Below, piece by piece: positions 8,818 to 17,972 of a stretch of DNA of 32,000 bases. Numbering within the stretch: position 1 is the first letter of the stretch; each line of letters opens with the position of its first letter. Source of the stretch: Fastidiosibacter lacustris (lineage in GTDB: Bacteria; Pseudomonadota; Gammaproteobacteria; Francisellales; Francisellaceae); NCBI RefSeq assembly GCF_003428155.1, contig NZ_QLIR01000004.1, forward strand, positions 1 to 32,000, given 5' to 3'. The notes beneath the pieces were generated by a model, which did not search any database, was not told the origin of the DNA, and saw only the letters and a list, made by a program, of their open reading frames with translations. The position numbers and the translations under genes were made by a program.

Positions 8818-9729
8818 TCAGCCAACCAAATCAGGTAAAATAAGCTTACCTTTTACAAAAGGCGGACACCATAAAAATTGAGTTGATATTATCTTTGAGA
8901 ATTTAAATAAACCATCTATGATCCCGTCCTCTTCTCCTATCATTCGTGCAAATTGCACTTCAAAGGGATAAAAATCTTGTGCAAAGCAAGAAAATATCAA
9001 TCCTCCATTCAATTGATCGTTAATCCAAGGCATTGACCGGCGCCACATAAAGGCTTCCGGTTCAAAACTCTCTTGTGCTGTACGCTTAATATGTGCTAAT
9101 GGCTTATTGTTTTCAAACTCTCGGTTATCATCTAAGCTTCTACCAATAAGCTCTTCTTTTGCATGCTGACTTGCTTTATCTAGCCAATCGAAATCATGGA
9201 GCCACTTTTGTATCACCCAACAGCTACTACCATCAATAAATTTATCGTCTGATTGAATAATAGCCGTATTAAACTGATCATCACCTTGCGGATTTTCTGT
9301 TCCATCCTCAAAACCAGATAAATCATGATTAACCAACTTGCCATTTTGCTCATGCGTCAAATAAGTACAAGCTCTTGCAATGTCACTACATACAAAAGCA
9401 TCTTGCAGTATTTTTATAAAACGCCTTGCGCTATGTGTTAGCACACCTTGATCATTATCTCTTAACCAAAGCACTAAATCGCAATCTGCTTTTGGGGTTA
9501 GCTTTTGTGCTTTTAGTGTTGGCGTATATGGGTGGTAAGGCGTATTTACTTGCAATAAAGCCATCACTTTGCCACCCAACCCTAAAATTGTTGAATCCCC
9601 ATCAACAAGTTGCAGCAAGCTTTGCAGTACTTGTTTGAGTTTATTTTTATGGGTTAACCTGAAAAACAAATAAATCGCTGACTTTGGTAGCTCTTTTAAA
9701 ATGCCAGATTGGTACTTTATTGTATTCAC
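8818..9729 (-). CDS. Dyp-type (YfeX/EfeB-like) haem peroxidase, cytoplasmic type
   Basis: 303 aa with the family motif GFEDGTENP and no Tat/Sec signal. It starts 3 nt after the glpK stop, so it is probably co-transcribed. Confidence 0.8.
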   Translation of the reverse strand: MNTIKYQSGILKELPKSAIYLFFRLTHKNKLKQVLQSLLQLVDGDSTILGLGGKVMALLQVNTPYHPYTPTLKAQKLTPKADCDLVLWLRDNDQGVLTHSARRFIKILQDAFVCSDIARACTYLTHEQNGKLVNHDLSGFEDGTENPQGDDQFNTAIIQSDDKFIDGSSCWVIQKWLHDFDWLDKASQHAKEELIGRSLDDNREFENNKPLAHIKRTAQESFEPEAFMWRRSMPWINDQLNGGLIFSCFAQDFYPFEVQFARMIGEEDGIIDGLFKFSKIISTQFLWCPPFVKGKLILPDLVG

Positions 9730-9732
9730 TTT

Positions 9733-11223
9733 TTACTCACTCCATCTTTTAGCACGTTCAACTGCTTTATGCCAATCATATAAATAGTGACTACGCTTTT
9801 GTTCATCTAGCTTATTGTTAAACTCCTGATCAACTGACCATAAGCTTTTAAGCTCATCAATCCCTGACCAATAACCAACAGCAAGTCCAGCCAGATAGGC
9901 TACACCTAACGCTGTTGTTTCCAGTACTTTTGGTCGGATCACTTTAGCATTCATCATATCTGCTTGAAATTGCATTAAGAAACTATTCGCTACTGCACCA
10001 CCATCAACACGCATTTCAGTAATATTCATTCCTGTATCTGCCATTTTTGCATTAGCAATATCTGTGACTTGATAAACAATGCTCTCTAACGCTGCTCTTG
10101 TAATATGTGCTTTTGAACTGCCTCGCGTTAAGCCTAGTATACTGCCACGAGCAAATTGATCCCAATGTGGCGCACCTAAGCCCACCATTGCTGGAACAAG
10201 ATATACCCCACCATTATCTTCAACAGATAGTGCTAATTTCTCGCTATCACTGGCGTGTTGCAAAATGCCTAGTTCATCTCTTAACCACTGAATGACTGCA
10301 CCTCCCATAAACACACTACCCTCTAAGGCATAAGTTGTCTGTCCATTTAGCTGCCATGCAATTGTAGTTAGTAAATTGTTATTTGAAATAGCAGGTTTAC
10401 TGCCTGTATTCATCATCATAAAGCAACCTGTGCCATATGTGGTTTTAAGCATTCCTGGATCGGTACACATCTGACCGAAAAGTGCAGCTTGTTGGTCACC
10501 TGCTACCCCTGCAATCGGAATCTTAGTCGCAAAAAGTGTCGTTGCAGTTTGTGAATAAATTTCGCTAGATGATCTTACCTCTGGCAACATACTTCTAGGA
10601 ACATCAAATAAAGCTAATAAATCATCATCCCAGTCATTGCTATGAATGTTATATAACATCGTTCTACTGGCATTAGTGGCATCGGTTGCATGGACCCTTA
10701 AATTGGTAAATTTTGCCATCAGCCAACTATCCACCGTACCAAAGCAAAGCTTGCCTTGCTTGGCTTTCTCGCGCGCACCTTCTACATTATCTAAAATCCA
10801 TTTCACTTTGGATGCGCTAAAATAAGCATCAACAACCAGTCCTGTTTTTTCTTGTATCATTTTTGCAAACCCATCTGTCTTGAGCTTATTACAAAATTCT
10901 GACGTGCGGCGATCTTGCCAGACAATAGCGTTATATATTGGCTTGCCTGTCTCACGTTCCCAAACAACGGTTGTCTCACGCTGATTTGTAATCCCGATTG
11001 CTGCAATATTTTTACCATTTATTCCTGCATTGGCGATTGCTGTTGCAGCTACTGCTGCTTGTGTACTCCAAATCTCCCTTGGATCATGTTCAACCCAGCT
11101 TGGCTTTGGGTAAATCTGTCTAAACTCTTGTTGTGCTATTTCAACAACTTGTCCCATTTGATCGAAAATAATTGCTCTTGAACTAGTTGTTCCTTGATCT
11201 AGAGTTAGAATATATTGTGACAT
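9733..11223 (-). CDS. glpK: Glycerol kinase
   Basis: 496 aa with [25 protein letters not shown] and [10 protein letters not shown], full length. No glpF or glpD is adjacent. Confidence 0.95.
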   Translation of the reverse strand: MSQYILTLDQGTTSSRAIIFDQMGQVVEIAQQEFRQIYPKPSWVEHDPREIWSTQAAVAATAIANAGINGKNIAAIGITNQRETTVVWERETGKPIYNAIVWQDRRTSEFCNKLKTDGFAKMIQEKTGLVVDAYFSASKVKWILDNVEGAREKAKQGKLCFGTVDSWLMAKFTNLRVHATDATNASRTMLYNIHSNDWDDDLLALFDVPRSMLPEVRSSSEIYSQTATTLFATKIPIAGVAGDQQAALFGQMCTDPGMLKTTYGTGCFMMMNTGSKPAISNNNLLTTIAWQLNGQTTYALEGSVFMGGAVIQWLRDELGILQHASDSEKLALSVEDNGGVYLVPAMVGLGAPHWDQFARGSILGLTRGSSKAHITRAALESIVYQVTDIANAKMADTGMNITEMRVDGGAVANSFLMQFQADMMNAKVIRPKVLETTALGVAYLAGLAVGYWSGIDELKSLWSVDQEFNNKLDEQKRSHYLYDWHKAVERAKRWSE

Positions 11224-11324
11224 TTCGCCTCCTTAGTGATATACATCCCGACATTATCATATACTTGATAACCATCGTTTTACAAATTTTATTGCTTGAA
11301 ACTGTATGTGCTTGTAGGAGGTAG

Positions 11325-12557
11325 CTATCTCTGTTCTTCTTTAATAAAAAGTAAAATAATCAAAGCTAGAACAATACTGCCAGGCAACATACTAAATGCG
11401 ATTTCATAGCTTTGAATACTATAGTTTGCACCAGAAACACCCGGCTGTGTGTAATCTAAAATCATACCGACCAATCCTTCAAATGTACCACCAAATATTG
11501 GTTCACCTGTGTTGATCAATGCCACTGCGGTTGCCATTACCCATAACGGATTGACCTTACGCCCTACGACAAACACCAACGTAAAAGCACTAGTGACAAC
11601 TCCATACAAAATACAGCACACAATTAGCTGCCATACGCTTAAATGTAAATATAAAATTGCTAACAATGACAACAATCCAAGCACGGTACACCACATCATG
11701 ATTGGTACACAGCGTATTTTAACTGAAAGCTTTCCCATGATTGGCGCACCGATCCCCATACCAATAAAAATACAGGATATAAAATAACTTGCCTGAGTTA
11801 TCGTTAAATCATACTTTTGAACAAAAAAGCTATTCCCCCATAAACTACCAAACGCATCAATCGTCGTAAAAATAAGTCCTGAATATGTCATTAATAATCA
11901 ATTATTATGCGACATGATCACACGTTTAATCATGTGTATAATACTTTTTTGCTCTGCTTTTGACTGAATTTCCTCTTCAACGTTCACAGGTCCCTGCTTA
12001 GAATCATCACGTACAACAAACCAATAGATAATTGCAAATATAACACCAATAATAGCACAACAGTACAACCCTTGTTGCCATCCAACGGCATTAAATAACG
12101 CAGATAATGGCGCTTGTCCTACTACCGCACCTGTCATTGCCGCCGTTAATAACAAACTACTGGCAACTGAAAACCCTTTTTCATCAAACCATGTAGCCGC
12201 AGCTTTCATGTAACTTACTGTAGCAAACGCGACTCCAATTCCCATCATCGTACGTCCTATAAAGGCAAAAACGATGTGAGTTGAGGCTGCAAACAATAAA
12301 ATACCAAATGCACTTACGAGCAATGACACAGTACTAATGCTTCTACAGCCAAAGCGATCTAATAACAAACCTGCAAAAGGTTGTACCAGCAAAACACAAT
12401 ACAAAAACATGGCTGACAAGAAACCCATTTGCGCCGAGTTAAGGTCAAAATGAATTTTAATGTCACCTGCAATCAAGCTCGGAAAGACTAAAGCAATGTA
12501 CTTATAGAACAACAAAAATGAACTCAAAACAATAACAATCCACGCATATCCTTTCAT
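11325..12557 (-). pseudogene. MFS transporter interrupted by a single in-frame TGA (two 6-TM halves: 11898-12557 and 11325-11891)
   Basis: The N-half carries MFS motif A, GLLLDRFGCR. The TGA stop at 11898-11900 and the next ATG at 11889-11891 are in the same frame, 2 codons apart (...MSHNN*LLMTYSG...). The stop falls in the central cytoplasmic loop. Confidence 0.7.
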
Positions 12558-12834
12558 TTTTTTGACATTTCTGGCTACTAAATATGATTTTAACTGGCAT
12601 CATAGCAGTCATACTTAATGAGTACAGTTTGTTTTTATAATTGTTATTAACTTTTTATGTTTTTACACTACGCTTTTTGGCAAGGCAAACGATAAATGAA
12701 GTGTTTAAATGAAAAAAATAAACTTCTTTCTCTAAAATAAACTCCTTGGTTTAGCATGAGGCGTTGTTTCTTAAACCGAACATATAAGTCACATTTAAAC
12801 GGCTTTAATATGCCAATATGGGCAAAAATCATGC

Positions 12835-12863
12835 TTGACAATAACAATCATTCGTTCAATAGT
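12835..12863 (+). promoter_or_regulatory. Putative sigma70 promoter of ridA
   Basis: TTGACA (12835-12840), a 17-nt spacer, then AATAGT (12858-12863), about 30 nt upstream of the ATG. Confidence 0.4.
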
Positions 12864-12895
12864 TGCATGAAATTAATAATATTTAAGGGTAATTA

Positions 12896-13273
12896 ATGAA
12901 AGAGATAATTCAAACCAATCAAGCGCCACAAGCGATTGGCCCATATGTTCAAGCAGTGAAAATCAAAGATTTTATCTATACATCAGGTCAAATTCCGTTA
13001 AAGGCTAATGGTACATTGGTTGAGGGTGATATAAAAGTACAAACTCAACAGGCGATGCAAAACTTAAAAGCGATACTTGAGGCTTCAGGAAGTAGCATGA
13101 CTAAGATTATTAAGACGACGTGTTTTATCGCTGATATGAATGATTTTGCTGCATTTAACGAAGTGTATGCCACTTTTTTTGCAGGCATAACTCCACCTGC
13201 ACGCTCTTGTGTTGAAGTAGCCAGATTACCGAAAGATGTGTTGATTGAGGTTGAAGCGATCGCAATAAGTTGA
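12896..13273 (+). CDS. ridA: RidA/YjgF-family reactive enamine/imine deaminase
   Basis: 125 aa with GPYVQAV, TSGQIPL and ARSCVEVARLPKDVLIEVEAIA. Confidence 0.9.
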   Translation: MKEIIQTNQAPQAIGPYVQAVKIKDFIYTSGQIPLKANGTLVEGDIKVQTQQAMQNLKAILEASGSSMTKIIKTTCFIADMNDFAAFNEVYATFFAGITPPARSCVEVARLPKDVLIEVEAIAIS

Positions 13274-13384
13274 CAAAAATAAACTTGATTAAAATATAAA
13301 CAAAACTTATAAGAATGGTAAATTTCTCACAAAGATTTAGTTAAAATCCTACAGAAATTCTTTTTGTTTTAAAACATAATGACA

Positions 13385-13495
13385 TCCAAGCAATGGATGG
13401 CTGTCTTAATGGATGAAGAAAGAAAAGGATAGCCCCCCCCGCACGGATGAATTAATTAGGATAAGGATATCCTGAAAAGAAAGCCCGTGATTTTG
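13385..13495 (+). ncRNA. Candidate CsrA-binding (Rsm/Csr-type) small RNA; hypothesis only
   Basis: Six GGAU motifs lie on the + strand at 13395, 13411, 13427, 13445, 13459 and 13465. Three are in the A(U/C)GGAUG context. The last sits in the hexaloop of the hairpin AGGAU-AAGGAU-AUCCU (13458-13473). An outer stem CACGG (13442-46) / CCGUG (13485-89) is followed by AUUUU. The region lies in a convergent intergenic gap and overlaps the queG 3' end antisense. Confidence 0.3.
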
Positions 13496-14570
13496 ATTGT
13501 TCACTGATTGCCCAATTGATATGTTCGATGAGTAGTTTGTTTTCAGAATATTTATTTTTTGCGCTAATTAAAATCCTTAAAATTTCTTCGCTAAAAGGGG
13601 CATTACCAAGGGCTGTGTAAATATTTCTAAGCCATGCTTGATAACCAATTCTATGAATAGCAGAACCTTTAGTTTTGTTAAAAAAAGTTGTTTCTGACCA
13701 ATTTGCAAGATCAAGGAGTTTACTATTATCCAGTTGATGTCTAGGTTGAAAGTCTGCTTCGGTTGTTACAGCTGCCTTTTTATTGATTGGGCATACCAGT
13801 TGACAATCATCACAGCCATAAATACGGTTGCCTATGGCTTTGCGAAATTGTATTGGGATTATCCCTTTATTTTCAATTGTTAAATAGGAGATACATTTTT
13901 TTGCATCAATTATCCGTCCATCAATTATGGCATGAGTTGGGCAAGCTTTAATACAAGCTTGGCATTTCCCGCATTGATCATATGCTTTAGGATAAGAAAA
14001 AGAACTAAAATCTAAATTAGAATAGATGCAGCCTAAAAAAAAGAACGAGCCATCTTTCTCATTCAATAGGTTGCTGTTTTTACCAATCCAGCCAAGTCCT
14101 GCCTTTTCAGCTAAAGGTTTTTCCAATACTGGAGCACTATCTGTAAACACGCGAGCATGATGTGAAGGAAACAAATTTGTGATAAACTCACTAAGCTTAT
14201 CGAGTTTTTTACGTAATACTTTATGATAGTCGCGACCATGAGCATAGACAGAGATAGCAGCAACTTCATTGGCAGTTATGAATTTTTGACGAATATTCTT
14301 AAAATGATAAGGGGCTGGCAGATAATTTAAGCGTACGGTAATGACACTCTTGGTGCCTTCAACGAGTTCTTGTGGTGTGTAGCGTTTGCTACCATGCTTT
14401 ACCATATAGTCAAGGTCAGCATGGAAACCTTTTTCAACCCATTCTTGATATTTAGGAATGTAGTCTGATAGATCACAATTTGTAGCACTAATATCAGAAA
14501 AGCCAAGTTCATCAAGTGCGTGGTGCTTAATCTTATTCCACTCTTTCAAGCTTAGTTTTTGTACGTTCAA
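13452..14570 (-). CDS. queG: Epoxyqueuosine reductase
   Basis: 372 aa with the 4Fe-4S motifs CGKCQACIKACPTHAI and CDDCQLVCPINK, and a typical N-terminus (...GFSDISATNCDLS...). Confidence 0.9.
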   Translation of the reverse strand: MNVQKLSLKEWNKIKHHALDELGFSDISATNCDLSDYIPKYQEWVEKGFHADLDYMVKHGSKRYTPQELVEGTKSVITVRLNYLPAPYHFKNIRQKFITANEVAAISVYAHGRDYHKVLRKKLDKLSEFITNLFPSHHARVFTDSAPVLEKPLAEKAGLGWIGKNSNLLNEKDGSFFFLGCIYSNLDFSSFSYPKAYDQCGKCQACIKACPTHAIIDGRIIDAKKCISYLTIENKGIIPIQFRKAIGNRIYGCDDCQLVCPINKKAAVTTEADFQPRHQLDNSKLLDLANWSETTFFNKTKGSAIHRIGYQAWLRNIYTALGNAPFSEEILRILISAKNKYSENKLLIEHINWAISEQSKSRAFFSGYPYPN

Positions 14571-14594
14571 TTTTTAGCACTCAAATTTTGCCCG

Positions 14595-16703
14595 CTATGG
14601 CAACGCACGTTCTATTTTAAGACAGATTTTCAAGCGCTTTAAACTACGAATGACGCGCGCAAGATGGACACGATCCGTTATTTCAATAATAGTTTCAACA
14701 ATACCACATTGTTGATCGGATTCTAGGATGTTAAAGTTTAGGATATGTGCATTTTGATGAGCAATATTGGCAGTGACTTTAGCAATAGCGCCATGTACGT
14801 TTTGGATGTTAATAAAAAGTTTGGCAGAAAAATTATGTTTAATTCCCTTCCTCCAATCGGTTTCGATTAACTCATGAGTCTTAGTAGCTTTGTTGAGCTC
14901 GGAACATTTGTTTCTATGTATAGCTAACCCCTTATCCAAAGTAAGTAGACCAGTAATAGGGTCATCTGGAATGGGAGTACAGCAGGTGGCAAGCTGGCAG
15001 ATATTTTTCTCATCAATAAGCATCTTGCACGAGATATCCTTATTAATGCCAATTCCATCGAGGTTAATTTTTTCCTCAATAAGGTCAATAAAGGTATTGG
15101 CAGAGAAATGCACTTGCCCAATAGCAACGTAAAGTTCAGTAGTGCTTGGAAAATTAAATTTGGTCAAAGCTTCTTGCATTAACTCTCCAGAGATACTGTT
15201 TAAGTTAATGTGCCTTTTTAATAAAGCTTGGCTGAGAATTTGTTGACCAATGCGTACAAGTTCATCATGTTCATAGCGTTTGAGTGCATGTTTAATCGCA
15301 TGTTTTGCGCGTGCTGTGGTGATGAAAGTTAGCCATGAGGGATTGGGGTGTGCTGCTGGTGAAGTAATGATTTCCACCGTATCACCATGCGTCAATACAT
15401 AGCTTAAAGGTGTAAGACGGCGATTAACTTTAGCTGCAATGCAATGATTACCAATATCGGTATGAATATGATAAGCAAAGTCGATACAAGTTGCGTTTAT
15501 TGGCAGTTCTATGATTTCACCATTTGGCGTAAAAACATATACTTCGTCAGGAAATAAATCAAGTTTAACACTTTCAATAAAATCAGTTGATTTAGTGACA
15601 TGTTGTTGAAGATCAGAAAGCTTATCTAGCCATTTTTGAGCGCTATCATGACTTAATGATTTTGCTTTATAAATCCAATGCGCAGCAACCCCTTTTTCAG
15701 CTGTATCGTCCATTATTTTGGTTTTGATTTGCACCTCAATCGGTACCCCATAAGGTCCAAATACAGTAGTGTGAAGCGATTGGTAACCATTAGCTTTTGG
15801 GGTAGCAATGTAATCTTTAAAGCGTCCAGGAATAGGACGAAAGATTTCATGGATGGCACCAAGGATCGAATAACATTCGCGGCGACTAGGTGCAATAACT
15901 TTATAGGCATAGATGTCCATAATTTCTGAGAAAGACATTTCACGATCACGCATTTTTCGATAAATGCTGTATAAGCGTTTTTTGCGTCCATTTACTAAGT
16001 TTTCATTTTCAATTAAGCCTACTAAGTGGTGTTGAAGTCGTTCTAGGATTTTACGAAACAAGCGGTCACGATGCTTTTGTGCTTGGAGTACTTTTGCTTT
16101 TAGTGTTTTATAGCGATAGGGGTAGGTGGCTTCAAATGCAAGTTCTTCAAAACTGTTTTTGAAGTGATGCATACCAAGTCTATGTGCGATAGGAGCGTAT
16201 ATCTCTAGAGTTTCTAAAGCAATGCGTCGGCGTTTGTCAGGTCTAAGTGGCGCAAGAGTGGTCATATTATGTAAGCGATCAGCAAGCTTGATTAAGATAA
16301 CACGAATATCTTTTACCATTGCCAATATCATCTTGCGGAAATTCTCAGCTTGCTGCTCAGCTTTAGAGGTAAATTCAATTTTGCTTAATTTAGTAACGCC
16401 TTCAATAAGCTGTGCGGTCTTATCACCATAGCGTATGGCAATATCTTTTGCCTGAATTTCAGTATCTTCAATTACATCGTGTAGAAGAGAGGCGATGATG
16501 GTTTCACAATCAAGGCGCATTCCAGCAAGCACACATGCAACTGCCAACGGATGGGTAAAATAAGGTTCGCCAGAGTTTCTAACCTGTGATTCATGTGCAT
16601 CCGCGCCAAATAAAAAGGCATCAACAACAAGCGCACGCTGTTTTGGTGTTAAATAACTGTGTATGACTTTATTGAGTTTATAAAACAAAAACATGTTACT
16701 CAT
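14595..16703 (-). CDS. spoT: Bifunctional (p)ppGpp synthetase/hydrolase
   Basis: 702 aa with an intact HD hydrolase motif HDVIEDT, the synthetase region RFKDYIATPKANGYQSLHTTV, and TGS and ACT-like C-terminal domains. Confidence 0.9.
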   Translation of the reverse strand: MSNMFLFYKLNKVIHSYLTPKQRALVVDAFLFGADAHESQVRNSGEPYFTHPLAVACVLAGMRLDCETIIASLLHDVIEDTEIQAKDIAIRYGDKTAQLIEGVTKLSKIEFTSKAEQQAENFRKMILAMVKDIRVILIKLADRLHNMTTLAPLRPDKRRRIALETLEIYAPIAHRLGMHHFKNSFEELAFEATYPYRYKTLKAKVLQAQKHRDRLFRKILERLQHHLVGLIENENLVNGRKKRLYSIYRKMRDREMSFSEIMDIYAYKVIAPSRRECYSILGAIHEIFRPIPGRFKDYIATPKANGYQSLHTTVFGPYGVPIEVQIKTKIMDDTAEKGVAAHWIYKAKSLSHDSAQKWLDKLSDLQQHVTKSTDFIESVKLDLFPDEVYVFTPNGEIIELPINATCIDFAYHIHTDIGNHCIAAKVNRRLTPLSYVLTHGDTVEIITSPAAHPNPSWLTFITTARAKHAIKHALKRYEHDELVRIGQQILSQALLKRHINLNSISGELMQEALTKFNFPSTTELYVAIGQVHFSANTFIDLIEEKINLDGIGINKDISCKMLIDEKNICQLATCCTPIPDDPITGLLTLDKGLAIHRNKCSELNKATKTHELIETDWRKGIKHNFSAKLFINIQNVHGAIAKVTANIAHQNAHILNFNILESDQQCGIVETIIEITDRVHLARVIRSLKRLKICLKIERALP

Positions 16704-16998
16704 CGTGCAGCTGTTTTTAATATGTTCAGTATATCGGTAATTTAAAGAAAGCCCTACACTTGCCTTTGCAAATTCGAGGGAATTTGATTTTATAGCATAA
16801 AAAACCTGGTAAAATTTATCAATTTGTATAGAATTACTCAGTTTTCAATGCAGATAACTATTTTAAGTCTATACTCACTAGCAAAGATTAAAGTGTTTTT
16901 ATATTTTGGGGTTAATGCAATGGTTTTTGCACAAAGGTGAGATGTGGGGTTAATCAGCTTTGGAAGATAAAGCTACACAATTAAGGAGTAACTAACAA

Positions 16999-17187
16999 AT
17001 GTTAATTTTAACAAGAAAAATAGGCGAGACGGTCATGATTGGGGACGAGGTGACGGTGACTGTTCTTGGTATAAAAGGCAATCAGGTTCGTTTGGGCATC
17101 AATGCACCTAAAGATGTCTCTGTTCATAGAGAAGAAATTTTTGTTCGTATAAAAGGAGAACATTCTTTTGGAGACTCAGAAAACTGA
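16999..17187 (+). CDS. csrA: Carbon storage regulator / global translational repressor
   Basis: [47 protein letters not shown], with AAGGAG 9 nt upstream. Confidence 0.95.
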   Translation: MLILTRKIGETVMIGDEVTVTVLGIKGNQVRLGINAPKDVSVHREEIFVRIKGEHSFGDSEN

Positions 17188-17193
17188 GTTTTA
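17173..17193 (+). terminator. Weak hairpin/U-tract overlapping the csrA stop codon
   Basis: ACTCAG-AAAA-CTGAGT followed by TTT. The stem is only 6 bp, so read-through into tRNA-Ser is possible. Confidence 0.4.
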
Positions 17194-17221
17194 GCTTATG
17201 AAAAATATCTAAATTAAGCGC

Positions 17222-17250
17222 TTGACATCAAAGGGTCAAGCCGCTAAATT
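17222..17250 (+). promoter_or_regulatory. Putative sigma70 promoter of tRNA-Ser
   Basis: TTGACA (17222-17227), a 17-nt spacer, TAAATT (17245-17250), then a GC-rich discriminator (CCGCGG) before the tRNA 5' end. Confidence 0.5.
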
Positions 17251-17263
17251 GTTGCAGTACCGC

Positions 17264-17357
17264 GGAGAGATGGCCGAGAGGCTGAAGGCGCTCCCCTGCT
17301 AAGGGAGTATGGGGACCAAAAACTCCATCGGGGGTTCGAATCCCCCTCTCTCCGCCA
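17264..17357 (+). tRNA. tRNA-Ser (anticodon GCU), CCA encoded
   Basis: Acceptor GGAGAGA/TCTCTCC, anticodon stem-loop CTCCC-CTGCTAA-GGGAG, long variable arm, T-arm GGGGG-TTCGAAT-CCCCC. The csrA-serV synteny matches that of enterobacteria. Confidence 0.9.
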
Positions 17358-17519
17358 TATTAAATTTTTTAAATATCTTTCAATTCCTTTCCTTTTAAAT
17401 TAAAGCGATACAGTAACAAAATAACAGAAAAATTCAAATCCCTATACCGTTAAAATACCGTAGAATGTTTTATGCCCTATTACACACTATAGAACACTAA
17501 ATGACCCTTGGCTTTCAGA

Positions 17520-17700
17520 GTATGTATACCTTTCCAGTTGAAAGTTCATGTTTTCATGGCACCAAACAGTGTTTCAATCTCCAAACGTCTGCGGTATTGA
17601 TTAATTGGTGCTTTGCTAGAGCTGTTAGAAACTAATGATAAGTAACCTCTCCAGGGGCTAATTTACGTGCACAAACATGTGCCTTACAGTCAGGATAAAT
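17520..17700 (-). mobile_element. Decayed IS4-family (DDE) transposase remnant
   Basis: Reverse-strand translation gives ...LSLVSNSSSKAPINQYRRRLEIETLFGAMKT*. This matches the Y-x2-R-x3-E-x6-K C-terminal signature (YRxRWxIExLFxxLK) of IS4-type transposases. Stops and frameshifts lie on both sides and no intact ORF remains. Confidence 0.5.
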
Positions 17701-17972
17701 AATCCTAAAACAATGTACGATGGGCATTCTAAAGTGTGACAAATATCGCTAAAACATTGTTTCAGTAGCTCTTAAAGTTCCTTTGTGTATTTCATGTTCA
17801 TTTTCATTTAAGTTTTAGCGAAACAAAAATGATATGAACGTGCCTTAAAATAAAGACTTTTAGCAACTATTGTCTTGTAGTGTAAATAAAAACGTACCAG
17901 TATTTGTTCTTTCCTCTTAAATACGGTATATTGCCACACAGTAAATAAGTTGATATTTAAGTCTAAAAAATC

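Noticed and set aside
11892-11900. Programmed recoding (selenocysteine or read-through) at the in-frame TGA of the MFS gene
   Set aside because: No downstream SECIS-like hairpin was seen. The site is a poorly conserved loop, and TGA terminates other genes here. A nonsense mutation or split gene is simpler.
16704-16998. Direct repeat GGGGTTAAT x2 (about 16908 and 16944) and GGA motifs in the spoT-csrA divergent region as a CsrA autoregulatory site
   Set aside because: Only two GGA motifs are present, one of which is the RBS. That is not distinguishable from an ordinary promoter/leader without data.
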